From Piedraia hortae CBS 480.64 (Eukaryota), in contig MU005957.1 in NCBI GenBank assembly GCA_010093745.1, positions 558,001 to 622,000 on the forward strand: DNA of 64,000 bases, in the 5' to 3' direction. Below, piece after piece: positions 1 through 12,911 of the stretch. A program made the translations under genes and the position numbers. Below the pieces are notes generated by a model. The model saw only the letters and a list, made by a program, of their open reading frames with translations. It was not told the origin of the DNA and made no database searches. How positions within the stretch are numbered: the first letter of the stretch is position 1; each line of letters begins with the position of its first letter.

Positions 1-1
1 G

Positions 2-192
2 TCGCTGACGGAACCGGACTTCCTGGTCGTCGTCCTCGACCAGCTGCGTACTCTGGCCCTCGACGAAGCAGATGGCGCCCTTTGCCGAGCCGCCATCCGA
101 CTCAATCTGCTTGACTACACGACGGCAGTGCGCCTTGGCAGGATACTTGTCCTGCGGCGGCACCAGCTTGGGATTGGCAATGGGCATTGTAG
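2..192 (+). CDS. 3' end of an unidentified gene entering from the left edge
   Basis: Open frame SLTEPDFLVVVLDQLRTLALDEADGALCRAAIRLNLLDY...WQWAL* with coding-like GC3, converging on KRE9. Confidence 0.4.
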
Positions 193-258
193 TGTTGGTG
201 CAGAGAGAAAACGTCATGGCTACAGTGTCTAACTAGAAAAGAAAACAGCAAAGAATTA

Positions 259-1101
259 TTAGTCTCTCCAACGCGCAAGATATTTGGCCATGGCCGCATT
301 CGGCTTCGATGCCGGCGCAGCCTGTAGACGTTAGCACCGCTGCCACAAGTGGCGGATTTGGCCTACCGTGTTCTCATGGCTTTTGACGCTGAACGTCTGC
401 GACTCGGTGATGGTCAGCGTGATGCTGGGCAGCGGTAGCGCCGACTTGGCAATCGTGTAGCGGCTCGTCGGGAACAGCGGCGTCACCTTCTTGGCCGTGA
501 TCTTGGTTGGCGGCACCGGCTGCATTGGCGCGTAGCGAATCAGCCCCGTCTGCAGGTTGTAGGGCACCGTGAAGGCCGCCGCTCCCGCCGCTGGAGCCTG
601 ACCAGCAGCCCCCGCCGCCGCCCCGCCGCCGGCTACAGGCGCGTTGCCTACGTTATTGACCTTGGCGGGGCCTTTGGTGGTGCCGGGGACAGCGCTGGCA
701 ATGTTGGCTGGCGTCTGGCCCGTCATACCCGACACGGTGAAGCGATCCGAGTAGTTGATGACGTTGCCGCCGCTCTTGGCCACGCTCGTCATGGCCAGGA
801 AGAAGCCGTTCTTAACGCTGCTGGCCAGCCCCGGCGTGATCTGACACGTCGCTGAATTACTGCCGCTAAACTTGGCGCCGGCCACGCACGTCGTCAGCGG
901 CAGCTGCGTGTTGGCCTCGTTGCCGCCGACGACCAGCGACAACGTGTACGACTCCAGGTCGGTAAGCGCCGGCTTATCGCCCGAATCTTTCCATTTGACC
1001 GTGATTGTGCCGGCAGCTATGGTTGACCCTGCGGCTGGTGATGTGATTTCCACGTCGGCGAGCGCAAGCGGGAGCAGGAGGGAGAGGAGCGGGATGCGCA
1101 T
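259..1101 (-). CDS. KRE9: Cell-wall beta-1,6-glucan synthesis protein Kre9/Knh1 family (2 exons, intron approx. 322-366)
   Basis: Signal peptide MRIPLLSLLLPLALA; motifs NYSDRFTVSGM and VPYNLQTGLIRYAPMQP; spliced C-terminus AKYLARWRD*. Confidence 0.9.
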
Positions 1102-2309
1102 GATGTTGTCAACGAGGTGGAGTGGCGTGTTGGGGTGGCGCAGCGAAGTTGGACTCAATCCCAACACCGAAAAACTAAAAGACCAGCTCTAAACGGACAG
1201 TACGGAATATCTGGATCGTTTAATGAAGTGTTTGTGTTCAGATCGCATGGTCACATGAGGGCCGTCGCCAGCTGAGATCTCGGGGCACATTTGTCGGTGG
1301 ATCAACAGGCACCGGTTCAGCAGTGACAATATCAATGAGCGAGAACAAGGGAAAGGTTTGGCCACCCTCTTTGCAGAAATCACAATGGAACAGTATCAAT
1401 ACGTTTGAGAGTGTCGTCAGCAATGCCCAATTGAATGGCCTATTAATGCTGCAACTGTGTAGATTGGTGGACGCCAACGTACAATCGTAACTAGAAGTAG
1501 CGGACACTGGATGCAGCGGATTCCTCTTCGTAGACGACTGCTAATTTGGCCTCCACGCACCTGTAGGCGCTTGGATGCATCACATCCTTGATGGCAAATA
1601 AGGACTCCTGTATCAGATTATCAGATCGATACATGCTATACCCTGGTTCGGCTGGGCCGTATGAGAGAGCAATTACTGGAGCGATTGCCCTGTCACGATG
1701 TTGGAGCCCTGCTTTGGGGCGTTGATGCCTATCATGCTTTCCGTTGACTTCAAGGAGTGGCAGTAGTGGCGTAAAGCAAGCGATGAAACGCTTGCCAGCG
1801 GTTAATGAAGAATGTCCAAGTCTTACCAAAGTTGACGTGTTGCCGCCAAAACTGTTTGCTTCACTTACCTGTCGATCAGCATCAATCATTGGTACTGCCA
1901 ACAAGCAACTGCACGCAGAGGGCTCAGCCACAGCGTTGTTATCTACCCCGGTCACGTGAATATAAAATAGGGTCATTTTCCAAGCATCGTTGCAACCGCC
2001 ATCCCAGCTCCTACCAGTTTTGGGTTCAGCCATACGCTATTTGTGAGCACCCGAACCCAATCTAGACCCCCGCCAACCAAAGACCCTGTGAACGACAAAT
2101 AGCCCTGCGTCGGGCCGTGCCGTTAACGTGTACCCTGAAAGGCTCTGCTGGGCCAAACTCTGAAACAAGGGAAATAAGGGAAGTTGCACATCGGCGCCTC
2201 CACGCGCCTCTCACGCGCCCTGCTTCGCTTCAGTTCAGTTCACTAATACGCTCTTTTCTGTTTCCCTAAGACACTCTTTTTGTTCCAGTCAAAACTATAC
2301 ACAACAGCA

Positions 2310-3820
2310 ATGGCGCCCGGCGCGCGTATAGGAGTGTTCCAGCGTAAGCAGTCTGGCCCTGACGGCCAGGTCGACGAGGAAAACGGGGCTGTCAAGGAGC
2401 TTCCGCAGCACAACAATTATGACAACGCTGCTGGGTCTTCCGTCCATCACACGCGCGGAATCAACGCAGCGGGCGAGTCTGGCCGGTCGGGCTTCAACCC
2501 GGTAGCGTTTGCCCGCATCTGCTGGCACAGCTCGTGCAGCGCGTCCAAGTGGACCAACGTCCTATGGCCGTTCGCACTTGCTGCAATGATTCTGCATTTT
2601 GCCCACTTTAGTGACGAATTCCAGCACGACAAGCGGCGTCTGTGGGTGTTTATCACGAGTTACATTGGGATGGTGCCGGCCGCCAACCTGGTAGGTTTCG
2701 CCGGACAGCAGCTCGCACACAAGCTTCCCAAGGTGCTCGGCGTCATCCTCGAGACCACGTTTGGCAGCGTGGTCGAGATTATCCTGTTCATGGTGTTGAT
2801 CAGGGGCGGCAATCGCAATGTACCAGTCATTCGCGCCGCCATTCTGGGCTCCATCCTGGCCAATTTGCTGTTCTGTCTTGGTAAGTGCTATTGATACCAT
2901 TTGCAGCAAATGACTAACGGATAGGCACCTGCTTCTTTGTCGGCGGCATCTTCCACCCGCAGCAGACGTTCCACGAGGCCATCTCTGAGGTTGGTTCGAA
3001 CCTGATGCTGGTGGCCGCTGTTGGCCTTGTCATTCCCACAATCTTCTACAACTCGTTGGCAGGCGGTCGTCTGACGCAGGAAAAGGCCGAAAGGCAGGCG
3101 CTCAACATGTCCCATGCCACGGCCGTTGTTCTGCTCTGCGCCTTCCTTGTATACGTGTGGTTCCAGTCTCAAAGCCATCATGGGCTGTACGAGGACATTC
3201 TCGAAGCTGACGAGGCGCGCGACATCGACCGCCAACGGGACGAGCGCAAGCCCAAACTGACACTAACCGAGTCTCTTGTGGCCATGGTATTGGCCCTCAC
3301 CATCGTCTCGTTCATGGCTGTATTCATGGTAAAGCAGATTGACTATCTGGTCGAGGAGCTGCACATTTCCGACGCCTTTATGGGTCTCATTCTGATTCCC
3401 GTGGTGGAAAAGGCGTCGGAGCATCTCACGGCTGTCGACGAGGCCTACGACAACCAGATGAACTTTGCACTCAGCCACGTGTTGGGCAGCAGCATCCAGA
3501 CGGCGTTGCTCAACACGCCACTGGTGGTCCTGGTCGGATGGGGGCTCGGCCACGACATGAGCCTCAATTTTGAGCTGTTTGACTCGGTCATGCTGATCCT
3601 GGCCATTGTCGTTGTTGGTAACTTCCTCCGCGACGAGAAGTCAGACTACCTCGAGGGCGTCTTGTGTGTTTTTGTCTACATCCTGGTGGCCATCAGCGCT
3701 TGGTATTATCCCAATCCTCTACATGAAGGTGGGGTGACCAGCGGCCAAGGCGAAAGCACGAAACTCGATTACGTCAAGACGATGGTGGGCTACGTCACTC
3801 CATCTGCAGTTGGTCATTGA
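2310..3820 (+). CDS. Ca2+/H+ exchanger, CAX/Vcx1 family (intron 2881-2924)
   Basis: Alpha-repeat-like motifs TFGSVVEIIL, ILGSILANLL, EKASEH and GSSIQTAL; many TM segments; GTAAGT..ACTAAC..TAG intron joins the two ORFs. Confidence 0.9.
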
Positions 3821-3975
3821 TGGGAGAATGGATGAAGTTCTTGCATGCATGAGCGTTTCTGTGTGTGTTTTTCCATGACGCGCGGACGTTGGGCTTGGCG
3901 TTTGGCTTTACGTAATTCAGTTTAGCGTCGTCTGTTCATGAACGACAGCAGAGTTTCATAGTTCCTACATAGCAA

Positions 3976-5445
3976 ATGTCCAGAGTATCGCCGACTGCAC
4001 GGCTGTTGCAGCATTCGCGGTTGTTTGCGCTGCCGCGTCCACTACCTGCACCGAGTGTCGAAGCCTTGACACAGGCGGTGCCGCAGTCGGACACAGCGAC
4101 TCTGCCTTATCCTACACACCAAGCCATTGCCACACAACCAGCTTCGCGCTCTCGGGGAGATTGGGGACTGAAGCGGCCTTTGCCGTCCAAAGCCAATGCT
4201 TCCACATCACATGTGCGCATCTACGCGCAAGACACCCGGCAGCACGTAACCGACTTTGGCTCCGCTGCAGACCACACAGAGACGCAGGCAAAATGGAGGC
4301 AAATGGGCGTACCCTTCCTCGCACAAAAGACCAGGTCAATGGACCAGAGTCGGCAACACTGGAGCGCTTTCGACTCGGAAGTTGACAATACAGAAGCTTC
4401 AGATGGTGCAACCGTGCAGAGGTGGAAATACGACGGCCCGTGGCTGGGTGGAATGCAAGCGGGAGAATTTGATGAATTCATCACTGACTTGACAGTCAAG
4501 AGGAGTGGAGGTGGCAAGCAGAGCCCAACGGGGAGGTCCAAAGTGGATGAATGGCGCGACTTTGTCGCACTGCACATGGTGGAGCAGCATATTCAGAAGG
4601 CGAAAGAAGCGGCAAGGGCTGATGGCAGAGAAATTGGACCACAGCAAGAGTCTCGTTTGCGGGAGGAGGCGAGGCCGAATGAAGAGAGTCTGATGGCGTA
4701 TGAGCAGCAGCTGCGGAAAGGCTTTCAAACAGACGGACTTTCTTCAGAGTTGACCAAGCTCATTGCGCGCTACCTGGATCTTCCGTCGGTGGCAGTTGAT
4801 GTGGAATCGGTGAACCAGGACGCCATGGGATCGCAGCTGTATAAAATTCTCGGGGACATTGCCAGCGACACCTCATCAATTGCGCCGCAGTCGACGCATC
4901 CCAGCGCCGGGATGCTCTATACGCGCACAAATGCCGTCATGGAAAACCATCCGGTGCATGGCCCGCAGCTGTATCCGTCTCCGGTTGAGGCCCGTGTGCT
5001 TCGGCCGCGTCAAATGGCGCAGGGTCCGTCGTACCAGGCGAGTCTCGGCGTTGGCGGTGTCGTTACATCTGACTCTGTTTCTGCCGCGACATCTAACGCG
5101 CGAGACCGCTCAGGAAAGCCCGACCCTGCTGCCGCCACCGATCCCGATCTCCCAGGCGGCAACAAAGTCTGGGTTCATCCTCTGACGGCGACAATTAACC
5201 ACAGCGGCAGGATCAAGCTGAACGTCGTCCGCGCCGACAAGGAGGCCGTGGCTGTCAAGACGGGCGATGTAGAGCTTATCCATGAAATACGCGCGGCGAG
5301 CTCCCGGGGTCAAATACAGCCGGCAGTCACTTTTGCCCCTGTTGGAAATTCTGGGAAGAAGCAGCGGCCCCATCAGCAGCCGGACCGTCGGCCTTCGGGG
5401 AATCAGGCACAGAGGATGATGGAAGTATTGGAATGGGGACAGTAA
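3976..5445 (+). CDS. MRP51: Mitochondrial ribosomal small subunit protein MRP51 (bS1m)
   Basis: N-terminal LLQHSRLFALP and PTHQAI..SRGDWGLKRPLP signature; WKYDGPWL; THPSAG. Confidence 0.88.
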   Translation: MSRVSPTARLLQHSRLFALPRPLPAPSVEALTQAVPQSDTATLPYPTHQAIATQPASRSRGDWGLKRPLPSKANASTSHVRIYAQDTRQHVTDFGSAADHTETQAKWRQMGVPFLAQKTRSMDQSRQHWSAFDSEVDNTEASDGATVQRWKYDGPWLGGMQAGEFDEFITDLTVKRSGGGKQSPTGRSKVDEWRDFVALHMVEQHIQKAKEAARADGREIGPQQESRLREEARPNEESLMAYEQQLRKGFQTDGLSSELTKLIARYLDLPSVAVDVESVNQDAMGSQLYKILGDIASDTSSIAPQSTHPSAGMLYTRTNAVMENHPVHGPQLYPSPVEARVLRPRQMAQGPSYQASLGVGGVVTSDSVSAATSNARDRSGKPDPAAATDPDLPGGNKVWVHPLTATINHSGRIKLNVVRADKEAVAVKTGDVELIHEIRAASSRGQIQPAVTFAPVGNSGKKQRPHQQPDRRPSGNQAQRMMEVLEWGQ

Positions 5446-5629
5446 ATCAGTGTATATCAGCCTCTTAGAATTGTACAATGCCACGGGGACCACAGCAGTA
5501 GCAATGAGTGGGACGGCTTCTCTTCCATCGAGGGCGGGATAACTTCGGCTTTGATTGTGCTATTTTATATATACCGCCTTTCCTCAGCATCAATATACTA
5601 GCGGACCATTTGGTCCAACGGTTCACAGG

Positions 5630-5712
5630 GGCCGATTGGCTCAATGGTAGAGCGTCCGCCTCCTACACATGGCGGAAGCGGAAGGCTGAGGGTTCGAGTC
5701 CCTTGTCGGTCG
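5630..5712 (+). tRNA. tRNA-Arg(CCU) with a short (~11 nt) intron
   Basis: Acceptor GGCCGAT/GTCGGTC, D-arm GCTC-AATGGTA-GAGC, anticodon stem TCCGC/GCGGA with CT-CCT-A, T-arm GAGGG-TTCGAGT-CCCTT, followed by a long T-run. Confidence 0.93.
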
Positions 5713-5715
5713 ATA

Positions 5716-5728
5716 TTTTTTTTTTTTT
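5716..5728 (+). terminator. Pol III oligo-T terminator of tRNA-Arg
   Basis: T13 run starting a few nt after the discriminator base. Confidence 0.8.
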
Positions 5729-5857
5729 CGCTGTTTCCAAAGACCATCAACCTGAAACAGGCTGAGTTGAGTGAGGTTATGTTTTTGCGGGGTTCGACCA
5801 ATCATAATCCAAAAAAGGTCAACGCCTGATCAGACTCTTCACCAACCCCCTTTTCAA

Positions 5858-6952
5858 ATGGCCAACCTGAACGAAATCTCACATAGACGCTTCAATCCTC
5901 TCCGCAACTCCTGGGTTCTAGTCTCCCCTCATCGGACCAAACGTCCGTGGCAAGGCCAAGAAGAATCAACCTCCAAGGAAACCCTCCCAGAATACGACCC
6001 AAGATGCTACCTCTGTCCGGGCAACGAACGAGCCAACGGAGAACGAAACCCAAATTATACCCATACCCTTGTCTTTGAAAATGACTATCCCGCTGTCAAG
6101 GAGAGTTATGATCAGGGTGAGAACAACCCCTCCATCTCGAAGACAGGAGAGAAGAGTGCCACTATCCCGCAAAGCAACTCCCTAATGCGCTGGGAACCCA
6201 CCTACGGCACCTGCCTCGTCCTAACCTTCTCGCCCCGGCACGATGTGACTCTCTCCCACCTATCCATCCCCTCCATCATAGCCATCATAAACAAATGGGC
6301 AGATCTCTACACAACCCACTCCCAAACTCATCCCTCCGGGTATATGCAAATCTTCGAAAACCGCGGCTCAGCAATGGGGTGTTCGAACCCTCACCCGCAC
6401 TGCCAAATTTGGGTTACAACCTCCCTCCCCGATGAAATCCGCATTGAACTCTCATCCCTCTCAACCTATCGAACCCAACACGGGAGGGATCTACTGACTG
6501 ATTACCTCGCCGAAGAAGCGAAGCATCCTTCCGCAAGGACAGTCTATGAGAACGAAAGTTTCTGGGCCGGTGTTCCCTTCTGGGCCATCTGGCCTTTCGA
6601 GATTCTCGTTGTGGCGAAGAGGAGGGTTGGTACCCTCCCGGAGTTGGACCTCCAAGAGAGGCGCCTCCTGGCGGAGGCGCTGGCGCAGGTTACGAGGAGG
6701 TACGATGCGCTGTTTGGTACACCGTTTCCATATAGCATGGGCATTCATCAGGCGCCGTTTTCGAGGGATGATGGGGATGATAAGGGTAGGGATGCTTCGC
6801 ACCTGCACATCCATTTTTATCCGCCACTGCTGAGGGGGGAGAAGGTTAGGAAGTTTCTTGTGGGATATGAGATGATGGCGGAGCCACAGAGGGATTTGAC
6901 GCCGGAGGTTGCGGCGCAGAGGTTGAGGGGGGTAGAGGTTGATTTAGGTTAG
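5858..6952 (+). CDS. GAL7: Galactose-1-phosphate uridylyltransferase
   Basis: HRRFNPL..WVLVSPHRTKRPWQGQ, CYLCPGN, active-site FENRGSAMGCSNPHPHCQ, YSMGIHQAP, KFLVGYE..QRDLTPE. Confidence 0.97.
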   Translation: MANLNEISHRRFNPLRNSWVLVSPHRTKRPWQGQEESTSKETLPEYDPRCYLCPGNERANGERNPNYTHTLVFENDYPAVKESYDQGENNPSISKTGEKSATIPQSNSLMRWEPTYGTCLVLTFSPRHDVTLSHLSIPSIIAIINKWADLYTTHSQTHPSGYMQIFENRGSAMGCSNPHPHCQIWVTTSLPDEIRIELSSLSTYRTQHGRDLLTDYLAEEAKHPSARTVYENESFWAGVPFWAIWPFEILVVAKRRVGTLPELDLQERRLLAEALAQVTRRYDALFGTPFPYSMGIHQAPFSRDDGDDKGRDASHLHIHFYPPLLRGEKVRKFLVGYEMMAEPQRDLTPEVAAQRLRGVEVDLG

Positions 6953-8858
6953 GGTGAGGTGGGAGGAGGGAGGGAGGTATGCTGTGGAGTTTGTTTGTTT
7001 GTGGTTTTTGCTTTTTGTGCATTCTATATGAGATCGTGGATTGGCGGAGGGGAGTTGCTGTGTTTGTGTTCAACACGCTGTCTTATTGTGCACGATCGTG
7101 GTTCTAACAAGGGTGGGTGGGAAGAATCTAGACATATGTCCTTCGACCTTTCCGGAATTATGGGCGGGATCAATCAGAGCACGAAGACACGAACTCCAAA
7201 GGGCCTGGGCATTCGATTTACCAGAGATACTTTACGACTCTAGATAACTTTACCCGAAGAAGACCAATCCCCACCTCAAGCCCCTTTCCAACTTCTCTCT
7301 CTGTACGAGCTTTACCATCCCCGCCTCCCAAGTATGAATTTTCAGCTAAAAGCATGTTGCAAAGTTAAATAAAACTATAAAATTCAAAAAAGCAATTGGG
7401 GATACTCACCAGGCTTTTACAATTGCTATCCACACCTCAGCCCAGCTAGACTCCAAAGTAGGACAGAAGTGTGTCTATTGAGACGGCAAGGTATTCGCAG
7501 ACGTCCTCGTCGCAACCGTCAATTGATACCTTCTCAAGCCAAAAATTGTTTATGACATCTGCCTACGTATGAAAGAACAGATGATTTTCCCCAGTAGTCC
7601 GCTTCGTAATGCTAATTTAGGTCTTGTATACTTTAATCGTGCAGGGGTGAGGGAGGGGAGGGATGTGATTTTTGTGGTGATCGGGGTAGATGTTTCTCTG
7701 GAGGTCGTATATCTAGAGAGTATTGACATTTCGTTTCTGCGGGTTGTTGAACGCTTGTTCCGCGAATATCTTCTTTAGCAACTGTACATTTATATTCACA
7801 TCAGACGTCCGGCAAACTCTTCTTAGGAGAGGCGACGAAAATGCGAAAGCAATGAACTCTTTCACTGCGCAGGGGCCCTTGCCGATCTATATATACTGTA
7901 GATGAATACCTGCCATGCAAAAGCGGTCATCCTTTCGGAAACGCGAGAATCAAAACTACACTTAAGCCGAACGAGAAAAAATTGCAAAAGTCCCCACCGC
8001 AATAGCTCATCCCACGGGCCAACTCAGTTGTTGTGGTTATCGTTTTAGATATGCAGATATTTCATACCTGACATACAAAGGAGTTAGATTCGCCAGGGAA
8101 AGCGATGATTTCCTCAGGCGTATTGTCTCGTCCCAGATCATGACGAAGGACTGTGCTTGCGACAACCACCTCACTGCACATAAAAAAAAAGCAGGTAGCG
8201 TTGGTCTCACTAACACAACGGTCCAATTTATCATACAAGAACCATTGCACTCGCTTCGGAACGTGTGCAACTCAACCCAACACACCAGCAAGATTATCTC
8301 TATCCACTGTTTTTAGTATCCCAGCACAGTCATACCTCCCCCTGCGCCCCGTCGCAATCAGCCTCCAAGGATCGTATTTCCGCAGTGTGCACTCTCGAAC
8401 ACAACATATCTGTAAAAGTCCACACATGCCAATCTTCACAAGACAAGTTTCGTCGTGCCAAGACCTGTCCGATACCTCCCATGCGGAAAATCATTCAATT
8501 CCCATACCATTAAACCACCCATCACTCCCAGGGTACAAGCAGAGTATGAGTATGTATTTCCAGCGCCGAAAAGAAAAATAATCAAGCGTGAAAGGAAGAC
8601 CGTGGAAAGCCCGGATCCTTTGGGAGGTGAGCTCCTTTAACCCAGCACAGCTGACTCGATCAAAACCCAGCTCGCAAGCTCTTCCCGTGTTGCGATGGAG
8701 ATTGTGTGTCACAAAAAAGCTTATGAGACTCAATCCCGCTTGACAGGAAAATCAGAGGTGAGCGGCACGATCCAGATATCCTTAGATGCTCACACCATCC
8801 ACAAGTACGCTCGATCCCATCAAACCCAATCAAAAAGGATTGAAACGACAATTACCCA

Positions 8859-11686
8859 CTAAACCACCACCCCCCCAACCAGCAAACCACTCAAACCCTC
8901 CAACGCCGCCACAAATCCGCACAGCACACTCGCAATGACAAACATAGAAATACTCTCCCCGATTTCCAACCAAGACCCCTCATCCCTCACCAACCAGAAA
9001 AACCTCAACGTCAAATAATCACTTATCCCAAGTACAACCGCGAAAAGGCTCCCCCCCTGAAGGCGCAGCCGTTTCGTCAGAATCCCCAGATTAGCTGAGA
9101 CTAACGCAAACGGCGCGAGGAGCTTTAAGAGGAGGAGCGCGCCCTGCGAAAAAGGATCGAATACGGGAAGGAGGCGGTAGACTGCGTCTAGGGAGAATGA
9201 GGAGATTGAGGCGATGTTCCCCGTGCTGAAGAAGGCGGATTGGAGGAGGTAGAGGAAGAACAGGGATATTCGTGCGTCGGAGAGGGTTAGGGGGCGCGTT
9301 GGGGGGGAGGATGGTGATTGGTTTTGGAGTTTGTGTTCGAGGTTGACCCAGGTTATGAGCGTGATTGCGATGGAGAGGTAGAAGAGGCCTTCGTAGGATA
9401 TGGTTAGGATGATGAAGAGGGGGCCGAAACTGAGGAAGAGGACGGCAAGGCGGGGGAGGTAGTGCGTTTGTGGGTGGAGGGCGTGGAGGAAGGGGATGAG
9501 AAGGGAGAGGATTAGGGTTATCCAGCCCACGAGTTGGGTTCCCAAAGGGAGGCCTTGGCGGGATTGGAGGGATGTGACGCTTGAGTGGGTTACGAGTATG
9601 GCGAGGGCGATGAGGCCAACTTGGATGCCGGTGATGGTGCGGTTGATGGGGTTGATGCGTTGGTTTGTGAGTTTCTGCTCGAAGGCGAGGTAGAGGATGC
9701 CGATGAAGAGGATGAGGACCCCGCCGAGGGTAATTAGGTTGGGAGTTTCGACTTTGACGGCGGGTAGAAGGGTGAAGATCGACATAGATGAGCAGCCTAG
9801 TGCCCAGGTCAGGCATAGGATTTTGTTTTGTTGAACGAATGACCAGCCGTGGAATAAGGGCCAGACGACGGCTAGGAGGTAGCAGACGGTGTAGATTTGG
9901 CGGCGGTAGTATGATTGTACCATGACCTCGAGGATGGCGAGATATAATCCTGCGTCCAGCGCCAGCTTTACCGCATCTTGACGGGCGAGCAACACATCTT
10001 TTGCAGCAACCCATGCCTTTCGTCGAGCGAATACCTCCTCCCAGAAAAAGACGGGAAAGAAGACATATGCATAGTATGTCAGTGGCGAGTCTTGGTACAA
10101 TAGCATACTGTAGACCCCAACGAGTATAGCGGCAAAAGCACCAATCAAAGTCGGAGTTCGTGAAACCTGGACTCGTCCACCGAGCATGTATTCATCCACT
10201 GCGGTTGTAAACGCAAAAGCAATCCAGCCCAGGTATCCAAGAGTTACGACCGTCCTCAAAAAGACCCAGTCATAAGTCTGCAAGTACCGCAGCCCCTTGA
10301 GAGTATGCTTGATAACCTCATCAGCAGCCTTGATAGCATTATCGTATTGACTAGCCGTGAGCAAAGCCTCGACACTAGACAGCTTTTTCTTAATCGGCTC
10401 TTCAGGGGAAAATGGCCGATAATTTACCACACGAGCCTTCTTCTGCTCCTCCTTGACGCGGTACATTTCCACAATCTGCCTCGCATTCACCATCATTGCC
10501 TTGGCCTTTTCTTCATCCGAGGCATCAAGATAGGGTAGAGGTAGCTCACCGACGGAGTTGACGGGAAACTCAAGATGGGCAAGATAGGCCATTAAAGTCG
10601 CAATATCCGCCTGCGCGACATCATTACGTTTTACATGATCAAGATGCCAATCGTGGGAGAAACCATCTTCATGGCCTGGGGCGAATTGACTCTCGGAAAC
10701 GGTAACCGGCTTCGCTACTCCCGCACCCCACGCAATCAGCGGAGTGCGAGTATTGTCCGGATGTCCATCCCCATGACTACCCCAATCGCTCATCCCGTGG
10801 TCAGCGGTGAAAACGTAGGCAGTTTGACCGTCGCCAAAGAAATCATCAATCGTCTGTGTGATTTCCCGTACGCCCTCATCCACGACCTGTATGTTGCGCA
10901 GATACTCGCGCGAATAAGGGCGGTAAGAGTGACCGGTGGTATCCAAGCCCAAGAGGTGCAGGAAGAACACGTTCCCATCTCTATGCAGTTCCTCATTGAG
11001 CTCTGGATCAATCTTCGCTTTTTGAAAAAGCAGCTTAACTCGATCAAAAACCCAGTGATCCAGCTCAGTGGCGTCTTTGCTAAAATCCTCAAATTCAGCC
11101 CCGTACGTGCTATCGGTGACCTTACCGGGCGAAGCCCCGGTAGAGAACATGGGCAAGATATCCGGACTGCCCCAGCTCCACGTGTGGGTGCTCCGGTTGA
11201 AGACGCTATCGAAATTGACGGGGTTCAGCTTCCAGCCGGTTGTCACAGAGGATACATCTTCGTATAATCCCGCAATGAGAGCAACATGGCCGGGCCGGGA
11301 CTCGGTCGGTACACGTGTGTGGGATACACCAAACGTGCCGTGCTCTAGCACTCTTGAACGCAGAAAAGGAGCCAGCGGATGTGGCTCTGTATCGTTTCCA
11401 GAAGGGTCGGGGAAATATTGAAATGCCTTGTCCGCTCGAAGTCCGTCACCTAAGGCCGTTGAGCAAGAAGATCGACGCAATTATAGATTATCTATTTAGA
11501 TAGAGTATATAACATACCGACGTACAGAACCAATCTCTTGGCGGGAGCTTGTGGGGACTCGACGCGGTAGGCTTGCATTCCGCGCACAATTGGGCTGCGG
11601 AAGTAGGTATCGAAGATGGAGAGGATGTAGACTAGATGGAAGACCACGGCCATGGCCAGGAACCCCCGGCGCCCTAGTCGTGCCAT
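8859..11686 (-). CDS. MCD4: GPI ethanolamine phosphate transferase 1 (PIG-N), intron 11450-11517
   Basis: SIFDTYFRSPIV, VGDGLRADK, SHTRVPTESRPGHVALIAG, HLLGLDTTGH, TADHGMSDWGSHGDG; multi-TM PigN C-terminus. Confidence 0.97.
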
Positions 11687-11787
11687 GTTCTCTTACTCCC
11701 ACATATTTTTTTTGTCTTTGTGCTGTCAAACGTCACCCGAGGTTTGCCCGCTATTACTTTAAACTCCCCACAAGGAGAGCCGTCAAC

Positions 11788-12306
11788 ATGGCGCTGGACA
11801 AGGTGGCGTATCAGAGCAGGGAGTTTCTCGCGGTTATTGGGGATGAGGTAACTCTGCCTGGATCAGTGTATCGAATTGGATATACTGATAAAGCAGGATA
11901 CAGTAACGGGAGTCCTCTTGGCGGGCGTAGGGGTATATATCGTCCGTCTGGAGACATAAATTAGGTCTGATTATGGAACAGCACGTAACAGACGCACCAG
12001 ACTCGCAAAAGAACTTTCTCGTCGTCGATCAAAAGACCGAGAATTCAGCCATCGAAGCAGCGTTTGAACAGTTTACAAAACTACGAAAGGACATTGCCAT
12101 TGTGCTGATCAATCAACACGTACGCTTGATAAATGTTCAGGAATTGCAATAACTAATTCGCAAAGATTGCAGATCGAATACGCGCCAAGGTCGACTCGTT
12201 TGGAGAAGCGTTTCCAGCTGTCCTGGAAATCCCCAGCAAGGACCACCCCTACGACCCGGAAAAGGACAGCGTAATGAAGCGAGTGAGGAAGCTGTTTGGG
12301 GAATAA
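11788..12306 (+). CDS. VMA7: V-type H+-ATPase subunit F (3 introns)
   Basis: Spliced translation ..[75 protein letters not shown]. Confidence 0.95.
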
Positions 12307-12340
12307 ATACATAAGATTTCCATGACCGAATGCAACGTAA

Positions 12341-12911
12341 TTAAAGTCCATTCAACACCTTCTGCTGTACAATGCTTCCGCGGTGGAATTCCACCTTTGC
12401 CATGAGACAAGTCACCCGCTCATCGTCCTTCGTGTATGCATCAGCCATTACAGTGTATCTTCCCGGAGGAATCTGCTTGGGCAGCTCCACTTGCTTGGAC
12501 AAGACGGACAAATCGTCCTTCTTCAGCGGACACTTGAGCTCAACCTCGTCAACGTGTTCGCAGAGATCTGCTTTCATGTTCAGGATCGTTATGAGCCCAT
12601 ACTTGACGTTGAGTTTGATATAGGCGCCTTCCTCGATGTCCTTGCTGATGGAGCCCCTTGCTGTGATGTCCAGCGTTTGGCCGCTTTGGACGTTAGTATC
12701 CCGTCGCATCACAGTTCTCGTACACTCACGGCAAAGGAGGATTGGGATACAGGTCCACGCTTGTCAGATTAAGAATGTCATTAGCGGGATCAGTACAGTG
12801 AAGCAGTGGGTTCTCCCCCGGGACTTGAAGAGGGTCATCCTGAAGAATGGTGGCACGGCAAAAAGCAGGGACAACAGCAGCCCCGAGGGCCAGGAGTGCA
12901 GAGCACTTCAT
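12341..12911 (-). CDS. NPC2: ML-domain sterol/phospholipid transfer protein (intron 12684-12729)
   Basis: Signal peptide; VPGENPLLHC, PNPP.SGQTL, VKYGLITI, DLCE..CPL, LPKQIPPGRYTV..VTCL. Confidence 0.92.

Noticed and set aside
1491..2033. 180-aa minus-strand ORF between KRE9 and the CAX gene
   Set aside because: No recognisable motif or coding-like composition; probably a chance ORF in a divergent promoter region
7000..8850. Short ORFs, a weak inverted similarity (~7233-7257 vs ~7680-7710) and an HDV-ribozyme-like TCCTCGT at ~7504
   Set aside because: ORFs lack motifs; the inverted match is too degenerate; the P1/P1.1/P3 pairings needed for an HDV fold are not satisfied
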